Shown: positions 1-8,848 of the stretch, one piece after another
Position numbering within the stretch: the first letter of the stretch is position 1
Layout of the letters: every line of letters starts with the position of its first letter
Assembly: GCA_046758365.1 (NCBI GenBank)
Contig: JBHIAC010000015.1
Location: 1 to 38,162, forward strand
Reading direction: 5' to 3'
Length of the DNA: 38,162 bases
Source of the DNA: a bacterium
Lineage (GTDB): Bacteria > Zhuqueibacterota > Zhuqueibacteria > Oceanimicrobiales > Oceanimicrobiaceae
Notes under the pieces: model-generated
Seen by the model: only the letters and a program-made list of their open reading frames with translations
Told to the model about the DNA's origin: nothing
Database searches by the model: none
Position numbers and translations under genes: made by a program

Positions 1-462
1 GGTATTCGCTTTGTGGGTGAACATGTCGCCCGCGTCTTAGCCCAGGAATTTAAGTCGTTAGATAATATAAAAAAAACTTCCAGAGAGCAGCTCCAGCAAG
101 TTTACGAAATCGGCCCACAGGTGGCCGAAAGCGTATATCAGTTTTTTCACGAAGAACAAAACCTGAAAACCATTGAACGGCTCTTACAGAGCGGTATTAA
201 AATTCGTGAGGTGGAAGCGCCAACGGATAAAAAATTTGCCGGTAAGTCTTTTGTGTTTACCGGCACATTACAACATCACACCCGGGATGAAGCCGAAAGT
301 CTGGTAGAAAGTTTGGGAGGTCGAGCGGCTTCTTCGGTGAGTCGAAATACCCACTATGTGGTGGTCGGAGAAAATCCCGGTTCGAAAGCTCAAAAAGCTC
401 GGGAGCTTGGCATCCCTATTCTTTCTGAAGAAGAATTTATGAAAATAGCTGAGAGCAAATAG
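1..462 (+). CDS. ligA: NAD-dependent DNA ligase, C-terminal part (HhH + BRCT), 5'-truncated by the window edge
   Basis: Frame is open from base 1 (GIRFVGEHVA...). Contains HhH motif EIGPQVA and BRCT motifs GKSFVFTGTL, GGRAASSVS and VVVGENPGSK. Confidence 0.96.
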   Translation, partial: GIRFVGEHVARVLAQEFKSLDNIKKTSREQLQQVYEIGPQVAESVYQFFHEEQNLKTIERLLQSGIKIREVEAPTDKKFAGKSFVFTGTLQHHTRDEAESLVESLGGRAASSVSRNTHYVVVGENPGSKAQKARELGIPILSEEEFMKIAESK

Positions 463-512
463 CACAAGTGAAAATTTGAGACTATTCACTCTAAAATTAC
501 AAGGAGGATAAT

Positions 513-911
513 ATGTCTGATCATAGCGACAGTGGATTTGAGTTTTTTAAAGGATTTTTATTTGGTGGTATCGTCGGTGCTGTTGTAGCCCTTTTATATG
601 CACCGAAATCAGGAAAGGAAGTTCGTGAAGACCTCCGTAAACAGTCTTTAGAATTTCGAGATGATGCGGAGGCGAAATTGGAATTGGCTCAAAGGAGAGC
701 CGAGGAACTATTAGATGAAACAAAAAAGAAAATCGAAGCCTTACGAAAAGAAGCGGAATCTGCTGTGAGTGAAATTAAAGGGAAAGCTACAGGCGTTATT
801 GAAGAAGGTAAAGGCACCATTGAGAAAGAAAAGAAAAAAATTAAGGATGCTATTGAAGCGGGCGTAAGCGCATACAAGGAAGAGAAAGCCGCCAAAAGAA
901 AAGCTTCATAA
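513..911 (+). CDS. YtxH-domain protein (N-terminal TM helix + coiled coil)
   Basis: Signature GFLFGGIVGAVVALLYAPKSGKEVR; SD AAGGAGG upstream. Confidence 0.9.
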   Translation: MSDHSDSGFEFFKGFLFGGIVGAVVALLYAPKSGKEVREDLRKQSLEFRDDAEAKLELAQRRAEELLDETKKKIEALRKEAESAVSEIKGKATGVIEEGKGTIEKEKKKIKDAIEAGVSAYKEEKAAKRKAS

Positions 912-915
912 TTAT

Positions 916-1043
916 TTTAGTTTAACCCAAAAGCTGATCTTCTTCCAATGAAAATTATATTGATTATTAATGAGTTACACAGAAATGTCAAGCAATATCA
1001 TAATAAAAACTAAAAGAAGGTTAGCTTTTTGCAGTATACTCAA
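916..1043. mobile_element. MITE-like inverted-repeat element (family B)
   Basis: Imperfect TIRs: AAAAGCTGATCTTCTT (929-944) vs AAGAAGGTTAGCTTTT (1014-1029), extending to AGTTTA/TATACT ends. Internal IHF-like TTGATTATTAATGAGTTA. Confidence 0.55.
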
Positions 1044-1076
1044 TAGATGCTTATTGTCTAAAGATGGAGGTCTCGA

Positions 1077-1460
1077 ATGGTTATCTCAGTAAGCCTCGCT
1101 GTAATAGCAGGGCTGATACTCATTAATACAGTATTTTTTGTAGTGGCACTGATTAAGGCTATTAAGGCCTTTGGTGAAGCTCAGAGACTTTTGGAAATGA
1201 TACGTTTGCATTTGGCTCCTATTACTCATGATCTCACTCAAATATTGAGCGACACCCGCTCAATTGTTAGATCTGCTGAGAAAGAAATGGTCAAGGTTGA
1301 AGACAGTATAACTGCGGTTCGAGACACAGCTAAAAATATTAAAGATTTTGAATCTATGATTCAAGAACGAATAGAACGCCCTCTCTTAGACATTACAGCA
1401 GTGTTATCGGCCCTCATTAAAGGGAGTAAAGTATTTTGGAATAACTTTATTAAGCGTTAG
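1077..1460 (+). CDS. DUF948/YoxC-like membrane-anchored coiled-coil protein
   Basis: N-terminal hydrophobic helix then amphipathic coiled coil; adjacent to the YtxH gene; SD GGAGG. Confidence 0.7.
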   Translation: MVISVSLAVIAGLILINTVFFVVALIKAIKAFGEAQRLLEMIRLHLAPITHDLTQILSDTRSIVRSAEKEMVKVEDSITAVRDTAKNIKDFESMIQERIERPLLDITAVLSALIKGSKVFWNNFIKR

Positions 1461-1606
1461 TTAGGTTATGTGAGATGATTTGCATCTATTAGAGATCGAA
1501 CCTTAAAATTTATAAATTGAGATTTTAATAAATGTTGGTTTATACGACATTTATGCTCCATTGTTAGCATAATTTTGCGAATTTTTTAAGTTTTAAGGAG
1601 CAAATT

Positions 1607-4600
1607 ATGAAATCATGGAAAATTTCTTTCACGCCATTAGCCCGCTTATTTTTCACTGGGATATTAGTAATTATTTTCATTGCGATAATTCCTTATATCT
1701 CACGCTTACCTGTTAATACAGACTACTTTCCTGAAAGGCATGCTCTTCTGGAGTATTTTGTCGCCTATTTGGGGCTCTGTCTTTTTATAATTTGTCAACG
1801 GCGATTTCACCTCCAGTACACGAAAGATTTTCTCTTCTTTGCTCTCGGATTTCTCAGTTTAGTGATTTTCCAAGTTTTACAAAATACGGCTTTTCCTGGA
1901 TTTCACGATTTAGCCTGGTTGCCAGCTTCCGAAAATATCGGTATAGGATTTGATCTTGCGGCACGAATTATTTTTCCCATATTTTTTCTCATCGGGATTC
2001 TATACGTCAATAAAACTACCAAGCGCCCTTCTTCTCGTAATGTTATTTTAATTTACCTTAGTGCTGTATTAATCGTTATTTTTGTAATCATTTATCTATA
2101 TTTCTTTCTTCCTCAAGTTCTTTATGTTGATGAGCACACTACTTCTTTAAAAAAACGGCTGGATTTTTTTGCTGCCTTCCTGCTATTGGTAGCCTCTATT
2201 TTTTTGATTAAACGATATCTTAAAGATGGATTTAACATTTACTATTGGTTTGTCGTTGCGACAATTTTTGGCATATTTGCTGATATTTACCTGAGCCTTT
2301 GGAATACATTATTTGATGTATTTTATGATGTTGGACACGCTTTTAAAATATTAGTTTTTACCTCTTTTTTGGTTGGCATTTTTGCTGAACATATTCGATT
2401 TCTTAAAATCGAAACCGAACTTAGAGAATCTTTAGAAAAATCAAAAGAGGATTTGGAGAAGAGCGAGAAAACGTATCGTGAGTTAGTAGAAAATATGGCT
2501 GACGGAATAATCGTCGTTGACAAGAGAGGTTCGCTTATATTTTGCAATCAGGCTTTTGCTGATATGCTGCTTTATAAAAAAGATGAAGTCATTGGAAGGC
2601 ACCTTTCTAATTTCTTTCATTCTAAAATTTATGAAAGTATAACAGTTGAATCGGAAAAGAGGACTGAGGAACAAGCCGGTCAATATGAAATAGAAATGCG
2701 AACCAGAGAAGGTGAAAAACTACCCGTGCTGATAAATGCCGTGCCTATTATCGATGGCAAAGGGCATTACTCTGGAATTCAGTCTGTGGTTACTAATTTA
2801 ACAGAAAGAAAAAAAATAGAAAAGGAGCTGGAAAATCTGGTTAAAGAAAAAACTAAAGACATCGAAATTTTTCAGCAGTGTATTGAAAATTCAACGGATG
2901 GTATCATTATTACCGATTTAGAGGGGAGAATAACTTATTTAAATCGGGCTTTTGAAACGATGACTAGATTTACAAAAGAAGAGCTTATCGGAGAAAAAAC
3001 TACAGTCTTGAAATACGATCATCGTAGCGAAAACGTTCACGAGGCCATTTGGGAGATTGTTAAAGATGGGAGAGTTTGGCGTGGGGAATTTTACACCAAA
3101 AGAAAAGACGGTACTGGATTTATTGGGGAAGTTTCAGTGGTGCCAATCGACGGGGAGCATAACCTCACCGTTAGTTACCTTTGGATTGAAAAAGATATCA
3201 CTCGAAGAAAAACTTTAGAAAAAAGTTTACAAGATTATGCTGAAGAATTAACCAATAAAACGGGTGAACTTGAAGCCGCCAAATCGTATTATGAAACGCT
3301 GATTTCTGGTATGTCTGACATTCTCTTAGTGGTAGACAACGATGGTAAATGCACCTTTATAAATGATTACGGATTAAAACGACTTGGCTTCAAAGCAGAG
3401 GAGTTGTCTCGAGAGAACCTGCCCATATTTTTTGATGATTTAAAGCGTTTGGAAAAAGATTATGGAACCGCGATTCGAGTTGAAATCAAGGATTTTGAAT
3501 CAATCATAAATACCAAAGATGGAGAATCAATTTTATGTAGTTGGCATGCTAGACCTTTATTTGACCGATACAATCGACGCATTGGAGCCATGGCCGTGGG
3601 TCGTGATATCACCGAATACAAAAAGCTCCAAAATGAACTTCAAGGTTATGCAAAAAATTTAGAAAACAAAGTCGAGGAAAGAACCCGAGAACTTCGACAA
3701 AAAGTTCACCAATTAGCACAGCTTTTAGAGTTGGGAGAGGAAATCCGGCTTAATGTTGATATCGATGTTATTTTAAATAAAATATGCGAGGCCGTACAAG
3801 CCTTAGGGTGGAATAAGGTCATAATTTCTCTACGAGATCATGAAAAACGAACCTCAAGATCGGTGGCTGCGTCCGGACTTGAACCCGCCCAAGTGGAAGA
3901 AGTGATGAATTGGGGGGATATCCCGTTTGAACATACCGAACAATATATTAAGGAAGAGTTCCGAATTAGCAATTCCTATTTTGTGGATCATGAAACAAAA
4001 CTAATCAACAAAAAAACTCCCTATTCTATATATACTGATTTGGGTGATAGGCGTGAGGATGAGTGGCATGCTTTGGATGCTCTATTAGTTCCCATTAGAA
4101 CCAAAGACAAAATTTTAGGCATAATCAGTGTGGACGATCCTGAAGACCGAAAAAAACCCAGTTTAGATAAAATTCGAGACCTTGAAATTTTTGCTGACAA
4201 AGCAGCCTTAGCTATTGAAAATGCTCGTCTTTTTCAAGCTCAAAAAGAGAATGAAAAACGGGCTAATTTGTTGGCTGAGATGAGTAAAATATTTCATTCT
4301 AGCCTAAACATGGATGAGGTGCTGGAAGCCATTGTGAATAAAGGCGGAAAAGCCATTGGTAACTTTTGTAGTTTAATTTTACTGGATGAAAATGGTGAAT
4401 ATTTAAAGCCCCAGTCCACGTTCCATGAGAATCCACAATTAGTGGATCTATTCATAAAAGGGAATGAATATTTTCGGTATCGCATCGGTGATGGCATCAT
4501 AGGTAAGGTAGTTGCCACAGGCAAGCCATTGTTGGCCTCACAGCCCTTTCCGAAAGAGATGAATGAATTTAAGGAAACGCAATTCCATTTTCTCGTACAG

Positions 4601-6460
4601 CAGTATCCAATTTCATCTTTGATTATTTTACCCTTGAGGGTTCGAGGACGAATTATTGGAGCCATGAGTTTTTTATCTTTTGACTCTAACCGAAAATTTA
4701 AAAAAGATGATTTAAAACTGGCGCAGGAGCTAGCCGATCGTGCTGCTTTGGCAATCGAGAATGCGAGGCTTTTTAAAGAGGCTGGTCTAAAAGCGAAAGA
4801 ATTGGAAAAAGCAAATCGATTGAAATCGGAATTCTTGGCTAATGTATCTCACGAACTGCGAACTCCTTTAAATGCAATTATCACTTTATCTGATATTTTA
4901 ATTCGAGGAATGCCTGGCGAACTTAATGAAGAGCAAATTAAACAGCTCGAAATTATCCAGAGAAGTGGGAGGAATTTACTTTATCTCATAAACGATATCT
5001 TAGACCTTTCGAAAATTGAAGCCGGTAGGACCGAGCCAATTTATTCTCGCCTTCCTATACGGGCCGTGGTGGAAGAAACCATAGAACACATTCGCCCTTT
5101 ATGCTTAAAAAAAGGTTTAACTTTGGAATATGAGTTTTCACCTGAGGTTCCAGAATTGATATATTCTGATCAGGACAAAATAAACAAGGCCTTAATGAAT
5201 ATTCTGAGTAACGCCGTGAAATTTACCCGACGGGGGAAAATAATTATTAAAATGAAATTGGAAAACAAATATAAATTAAGAATTGATGTTACAGATACTG
5301 GAATCGGAATTCCAAAGGAAAAAATAAATGAGATATTTAAAGAGTTCCAACAAATTGACAGCTCTGATTCAAGAGCTTATGGCGGTACTGGATTGGGTCT
5401 TGCCATCACGCGCAAGGTTATAGAAATTATTGGTGGGTCTGTATTAGTTGAGAGTCATTTAGGTAAAGGATCAACCTTTACTCTCTTGGTTCCAATACAA
5501 GAAAAAACTGAAATGGCGAAAGAAGAGATTATAGATTTGGATGAAAAGATGGCTGACAGGCGTAAAGATAAAATTAAAATTGATATTACCGACGATCGCA
5601 ACAATTTAGATGCCCGAAAAAAGTCGGTCCTTGTCGTCGATGATGAAAAAGATGTAATTTATATCATGCGTCAATATTTGCATGACCGGAATTATCAAAT
5701 CCTTTTTCCTCAAAATGGTGAAGATGTGTTAGAGTTAGCCCGACGTTATCAACCATTTGCTATAACTCTGGATATTTTAATGCCTAAAATGAATGGCTGG
5801 GAAATTCTTGAGCTATTAAAAAAAGATCCTAACACCAAAAATATTCCTGTTATTATCGCTTCCATACTGGCTGAAAAAGATAGAGCTTTCCAGATGGGAG
5901 CTGCTGAGTATTTGGTTAAGCCATTCGAACCTGAGAAGTTATTGGATTTCTTAGCTAATCTTGAAGAACCTATAAAAAAGAAAAAAGTAATTTTAGACCT
6001 ACCTAAGTTAGTTAATTTTAAAAAGCGTGTAAGTAAAAAGTTTGCTTCTGATTTAAGAAAAAGCAAAAAAAGGTCCGATTCAAAGGTGAAAATATTACTT
6101 GTGGATGATGATCAGGATACCCAATATGCTATGCAGTATATATTGGAAGAGGCCGGATATAAGGTATTTTTTGCCAGCGAGGGTCGAGAAGCTATAAAAC
6201 AAGCTGAGATAATTAAGCCTAACTTGATTTTGATGGATATCATGATGCCAGGCATGGACGGATATGAAGCAACCCGCATTTTGAAAGGAAAAGATAATTT
6301 CAAAAATATCCCCATTGTCGCTATGACTGCCAAAGCCATGAAAGGAGATCGAGAAAAAACATTTTTGGCAGGTTGTGATGATTATATCGCCAAACCGTTT
6401 ATGACCGATGATATTTTACAATTAGTTGAAAAGTGGCTTTATGAAAACATAGTTAATTAA
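1607..6460 (+). CDS. Hybrid sensor histidine kinase/response regulator (MASE3-like multi-TM, 3 PAS, 2 GAF, HisKA, HATPase, 2 REC)
   Basis: About 7 TM helices; PAS starts ENMADGI, ENSTDGI, SGMSDIL; two GAF ends AALAIENARLF; H-box FLANVSHELRTPL; G boxes DTGIG and GGTGLGL; receivers VVDDE..DILMP and LVDDD..DIMMP; SD AAGGAG. Confidence 0.95.
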   Translation: MKSWKISFTPLARLFFTGILVIIFIAIIPYISRLPVNTDYFPERHALLEYFVAYLGLCLFIICQRRFHLQYTKDFLFFALGFLSLVIFQVLQNTAFPGFHDLAWLPASENIGIGFDLAARIIFPIFFLIGILYVNKTTKRPSSRNVILIYLSAVLIVIFVIIYLYFFLPQVLYVDEHTTSLKKRLDFFAAFLLLVASIFLIKRYLKDGFNIYYWFVVATIFGIFADIYLSLWNTLFDVFYDVGHAFKILVFTSFLVGIFAEHIRFLKIETELRESLEKSKEDLEKSEKTYRELVENMADGIIVVDKRGSLIFCNQAFADMLLYKKDEVIGRHLSNFFHSKIYESITVESEKRTEEQAGQYEIEMRTREGEKLPVLINAVPIIDGKGHYSGIQSVVTNLTERKKIEKELENLVKEKTKDIEIFQQCIENSTDGIIITDLEGRITYLNRAFETMTRFTKEELIGEKTTVLKYDHRSENVHEAIWEIVKDGRVWRGEFYTKRKDGTGFIGEVSVVPIDGEHNLTVSYLWIEKDITRRKTLEKSLQDYAEELTNKTGELEAAKSYYETLISGMSDILLVVDNDGKCTFINDYGLKRLGFKAEELSRENLPIFFDDLKRLEKDYGTAIRVEIKDFESIINTKDGESILCSWHARPLFDRYNRRIGAMAVGRDITEYKKLQNELQGYAKNLENKVEERTRELRQKVHQLAQLLELGEEIRLNVDIDVILNKICEAVQALGWNKVIISLRDHEKRTSRSVAASGLEPAQVEEVMNWGDIPFEHTEQYIKEEFRISNSYFVDHETKLINKKTPYSIYTDLGDRREDEWHALDALLVPIRTKDKILGIISVDDPEDRKKPSLDKIRDLEIFADKAALAIENARLFQAQKENEKRANLLAEMSKIFHSSLNMDEVLEAIVNKGGKAIGNFCSLILLDENGEYLKPQSTFHENPQLVDLFIKGNEYFRYRIGDGIIGKVVATGKPLLASQPFPKEMNEFKETQFHFLVQQYPISSLIILPLRVRGRIIGAMSFLSFDSNRKFKKDDLKLAQELADRAALAIENARLFKEAGLKAKELEKANRLKSEFLANVSHELRTPLNAIITLSDILIRGMPGELNEEQIKQLEIIQRSGRNLLYLINDILDLSKIEAGRTEPIYSRLPIRAVVEETIEHIRPLCLKKGLTLEYEFSPEVPELIYSDQDKINKALMNILSNAVKFTRRGKIIIKMKLENKYKLRIDVTDTGIGIPKEKINEIFKEFQQIDSSDSRAYGGTGLGLAITRKVIEIIGGSVLVESHLGKGSTFTLLVPIQEKTEMAKEEIIDLDEKMADRRKDKIKIDITDDRNNLDARKKSVLVVDDEKDVIYIMRQYLHDRNYQILFPQNGEDVLELARRYQPFAITLDILMPKMNGWEILELLKKDPNTKNIPVIIASILAEKDRAFQMGAAEYLVKPFEPEKLLDFLANLEEPIKKKKVILDLPKLVNFKKRVSKKFASDLRKSKKRSDSKVKILLVDDDQDTQYAMQYILEEAGYKVFFASEGREAIKQAEIIKPNLILMDIMMPGMDGYEATRILKGKDNFKNIPIVAMTAKAMKGDREKTFLAGCDDYIAKPFMTDDILQLVEKWLYENIVN

Positions 6461-6623
6461 TTCTGAAAATGGACTTCCCTAATTATTTGATATATTTGTA
6501 ATAGTAAGTTTTTAGTAAAACCATTCTCTAATTTTACCTACAAAATCTTCAATTCTAAATCAATAATTTACAATAATTTTCTATAATTTAGATTAAAAAA
6601 CATACTGAACGACACGGAACAGT

Positions 6624-6640
6624 TGTTTCATTTTGTAACA
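6624..6640. promoter_or_regulatory. Candidate bEBP upstream activating sequence
   Basis: Near-palindrome TGTTTCA-TTT-TGTAACA about 120-135 bp upstream of the sigma54 promoter at 6759. Confidence 0.4.
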
Positions 6641-6758
6641 GTAAATTACCTTCTAAAATCAGATCTATGTAAAATCTTCATATTTTATGCTATTTCAATA
6701 GGTAAGATAAGTGAATAATTATTATACGAAGTGGAAAGATCATATACTGGTTGTTGAC

Positions 6759-6774
6759 TGGCATAGTTTTCGCT
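6759..6774 (+). promoter_or_regulatory. sigma54 (-24/-12) promoter of the NtrC-like gene
   Basis: TGGCATAGTTTTCGCT = GG-N10-GC, 54 bp before the ATG at 6828. Confidence 0.6.
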
Positions 6775-6827
6775 ATAATATAATATCAAACTCCAACTTA
6801 TATATTCAACTTTGGGCCGCTAACTTC

Positions 6828-8222
6828 ATGCCAACTAGAAATAAAAAAATCCTAGTCGCTGATGATGAAGAATCTAATTTAGAGGGATTAAAAGCTCTCT
6901 TATTAGAGGAAGGGTACAAAGTTGCAACAGCTTCCAATGGTACTCAGGCATTAGAGAAATTAACTGAGGATCAATTCGGCTTGTTTTTAGTTGATTTAAC
7001 TTTACCTGATATAGATGGTATTGAGCTCTTAACCCAAATGAAAGAAAGAGATATTCTCACTGAAACCATTATTATCACGGGTAAGGGAACTATCTCCACG
7101 GCTGTTGAGGCTATGAAAAGAGGCGCGTATGATTATTTAACTAAACCTGTTGAGCCAGATAGATTAAAAACCATTATTCTCAAAGCGCTAGAACACCATC
7201 ATCTCGTTGTCTCTCACAAAAGATTGGAACGACAATTAAGAAATCTAACCAGATATGAAGATCTTGTGGGTCAGAGTAACGAGATGTTAGAAATTTATAA
7301 ACTTATCGATGCGGTTGCTGATACCACAGCCAATGTAATTATTACAGGAGAAAGCGGTACCGGAAAAGAATTGGTCGCCCTTGCTATTCATAATAAAAGT
7401 AGTCGTTCTCACGGCCCTTTTGTAGCTGTAAACTGTTCTGCCTTTCCCATGGTGATTTTAGAAAATGAGCTTTTTGGTCACGAACAAGGGGCTTTTACTG
7501 GGGCTTTAAAAGAAAAGGCTGGCTGCTTTGAACTGGCCGATAATGGAACTCTGTTTTTAGATGAAGTATGTGAAATGCCATTAGAAATACAAGCCAAAAT
7601 TCTTAGGGCACTTGAAGAAAGACGTTTTAGAAGATTAGGGGGAAAATATGAAATAGAGGTAGACGTCCGCGTCATTGCTGCCACCAATAAGAATCTCGAG
7701 CTCGCTCTGGAAGAAAAGACCCTTCGAGAAGATTTATACTATCGGCTTTGTGTTGTAGAAATTGAATTACCCCCTTTAAGAGAAAGAGCAGGGGACATTC
7801 CTTTGTTGATGAATGAATTTCTAAAAATGTTTAGTGAAAAGAATCATAAAATGGTTACCGCATTTTCTCCTCAAGCTGCCGAAGTGCTTTATAGATATCG
7901 ATGGCCAGGTAATATACGCGAATTAAAAAATACTATTGAGCGGGCGGTGGTCTTGTGTAAAGGAAACACCATTCAGGTAAATGACTTGCCAAAACGGATT
8001 ATTAATCCCGATGGCGTTACCATTGATGTTCGTATCCCTTTAGGCACCACATTAGATGAAACTGAAAAAGAACTGATTTTTAAAACCTTGGAATATGTAA
8101 ATAATAACAAAACTCGTGCAGCGCAAATTTTGGGTATTAGTCTGAAAACCTTGCATAACAAACTAAATCAATATAAATCAATCGGTAATCTGGGAAGGGA
8201 TGGAAAGATTAAGCAGATATAG
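6828..8222 (+). CDS. sigma54-dependent Fis-family response regulator (NtrC/AtoC type; REC-AAA+-HTH)
   Basis: REC (VADDE..VDLTLP), Walker A GESGTGKE, GAFTGA loop, LFLDE, WPGNIREL, Fis HTH AAQILGISLKTL. Start moved from 6711 to ATG 6828, where the REC domain begins. Confidence 0.95.
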   Translation: MPTRNKKILVADDEESNLEGLKALLLEEGYKVATASNGTQALEKLTEDQFGLFLVDLTLPDIDGIELLTQMKERDILTETIIITGKGTISTAVEAMKRGAYDYLTKPVEPDRLKTIILKALEHHHLVVSHKRLERQLRNLTRYEDLVGQSNEMLEIYKLIDAVADTTANVIITGESGTGKELVALAIHNKSSRSHGPFVAVNCSAFPMVILENELFGHEQGAFTGALKEKAGCFELADNGTLFLDEVCEMPLEIQAKILRALEERRFRRLGGKYEIEVDVRVIAATNKNLELALEEKTLREDLYYRLCVVEIELPPLRERAGDIPLLMNEFLKMFSEKNHKMVTAFSPQAAEVLYRYRWPGNIRELKNTIERAVVLCKGNTIQVNDLPKRIINPDGVTIDVRIPLGTTLDETEKELIFKTLEYVNNNKTRAAQILGISLKTLHNKLNQYKSIGNLGRDGKIKQI

Positions 8223-8235
8223 TGTAATTATTACA
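8223..8235. promoter_or_regulatory. Candidate bEBP enhancer site
   Basis: Palindrome TGTAA-TTA-TTACA about 130 bp upstream of the sigma54 promoter at 8360. Confidence 0.5.
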
Positions 8236-8359
8236 TAATTTCATAAAAAATTTGAGGTTTGGGTTAATGATTAAATGTTATTTGGAAAATTTGTAATGAA
8301 TTGATTATTTAAGGATTAAGTTTAAAATTAGACTTTCAATATTATAAAATTCCAATTTA

Positions 8360-8375
8360 TGGCATTGGTTTTGCA
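8360..8375 (+). promoter_or_regulatory. sigma54 (-24/-12) promoter
   Basis: TGGCATTGGTTTTGCA, near-consensus TGGCAC-N5-TTGCW, about 45 bp upstream of the small ORF. Confidence 0.75.
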
Positions 8376-8419
8376 AATTTATAGGTTAAAATAAATTTAA
8401 TTAAAAACATTTGAAAGAT

Positions 8420-8686
8420 ATGATGGAGGGAGTTAAAAGGATATGTATCGGTACTATGCCTTTACTCTATAAAGGGCAAAAATACCCAACGCATTATTAT
8501 ATGATTCTATGGAAAGATGCTCACATAACCTATTCGGCTGAAACATCCATCGGAAATGGAAAATATGATCGAATCATAACAGATAGTGGAAATTTGGATG
8601 AGATGATCTCTAAACAAAAATTGAGTTTGAAAATTGCCTTAGAATCAAGAAAAGTAAGGTATAGGATTGCACAAAATCATAAATAA
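8420..8686 (+). CDS. Small hypothetical protein (~88 aa) under a sigma54 promoter
   Basis: Open frame with protein-like composition directly downstream of a sigma54 promoter; start could be 8411, 8420 or 8423. Confidence 0.7.
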   Translation: MMEGVKRICIGTMPLLYKGQKYPTHYYMILWKDAHITYSAETSIGNGKYDRIITDSGNLDEMISKQKLSLKIALESRKVRYRIAQNHK

Positions 8687-8848
8687 AATAATCATTATTT
8701 TAGTAGAGGATGGTTTTTAATTGCTATGATAAAAAGTACTCATTTTTTAGATGAACCAAAATATTTTTGATATCAAATAAAGATTGAGAGAATTTTAATC
8801 GAATTGTTGTCTAATATATATGAGACATAATTAACGAGTGAATCATAT

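Noticed and set aside
1042..1490. 9-bp inverted repeat AATAGATGC/GCATCTATT flanking the DUF948 gene
   Set aside because: Too short, does not extend and has no target duplication; likely chance.
6711..6827. 39-aa N-terminal extension of the NtrC-like ORF
   Set aside because: It overlaps a sigma54 promoter and precedes the REC domain; ATG 6828 is the more plausible start.
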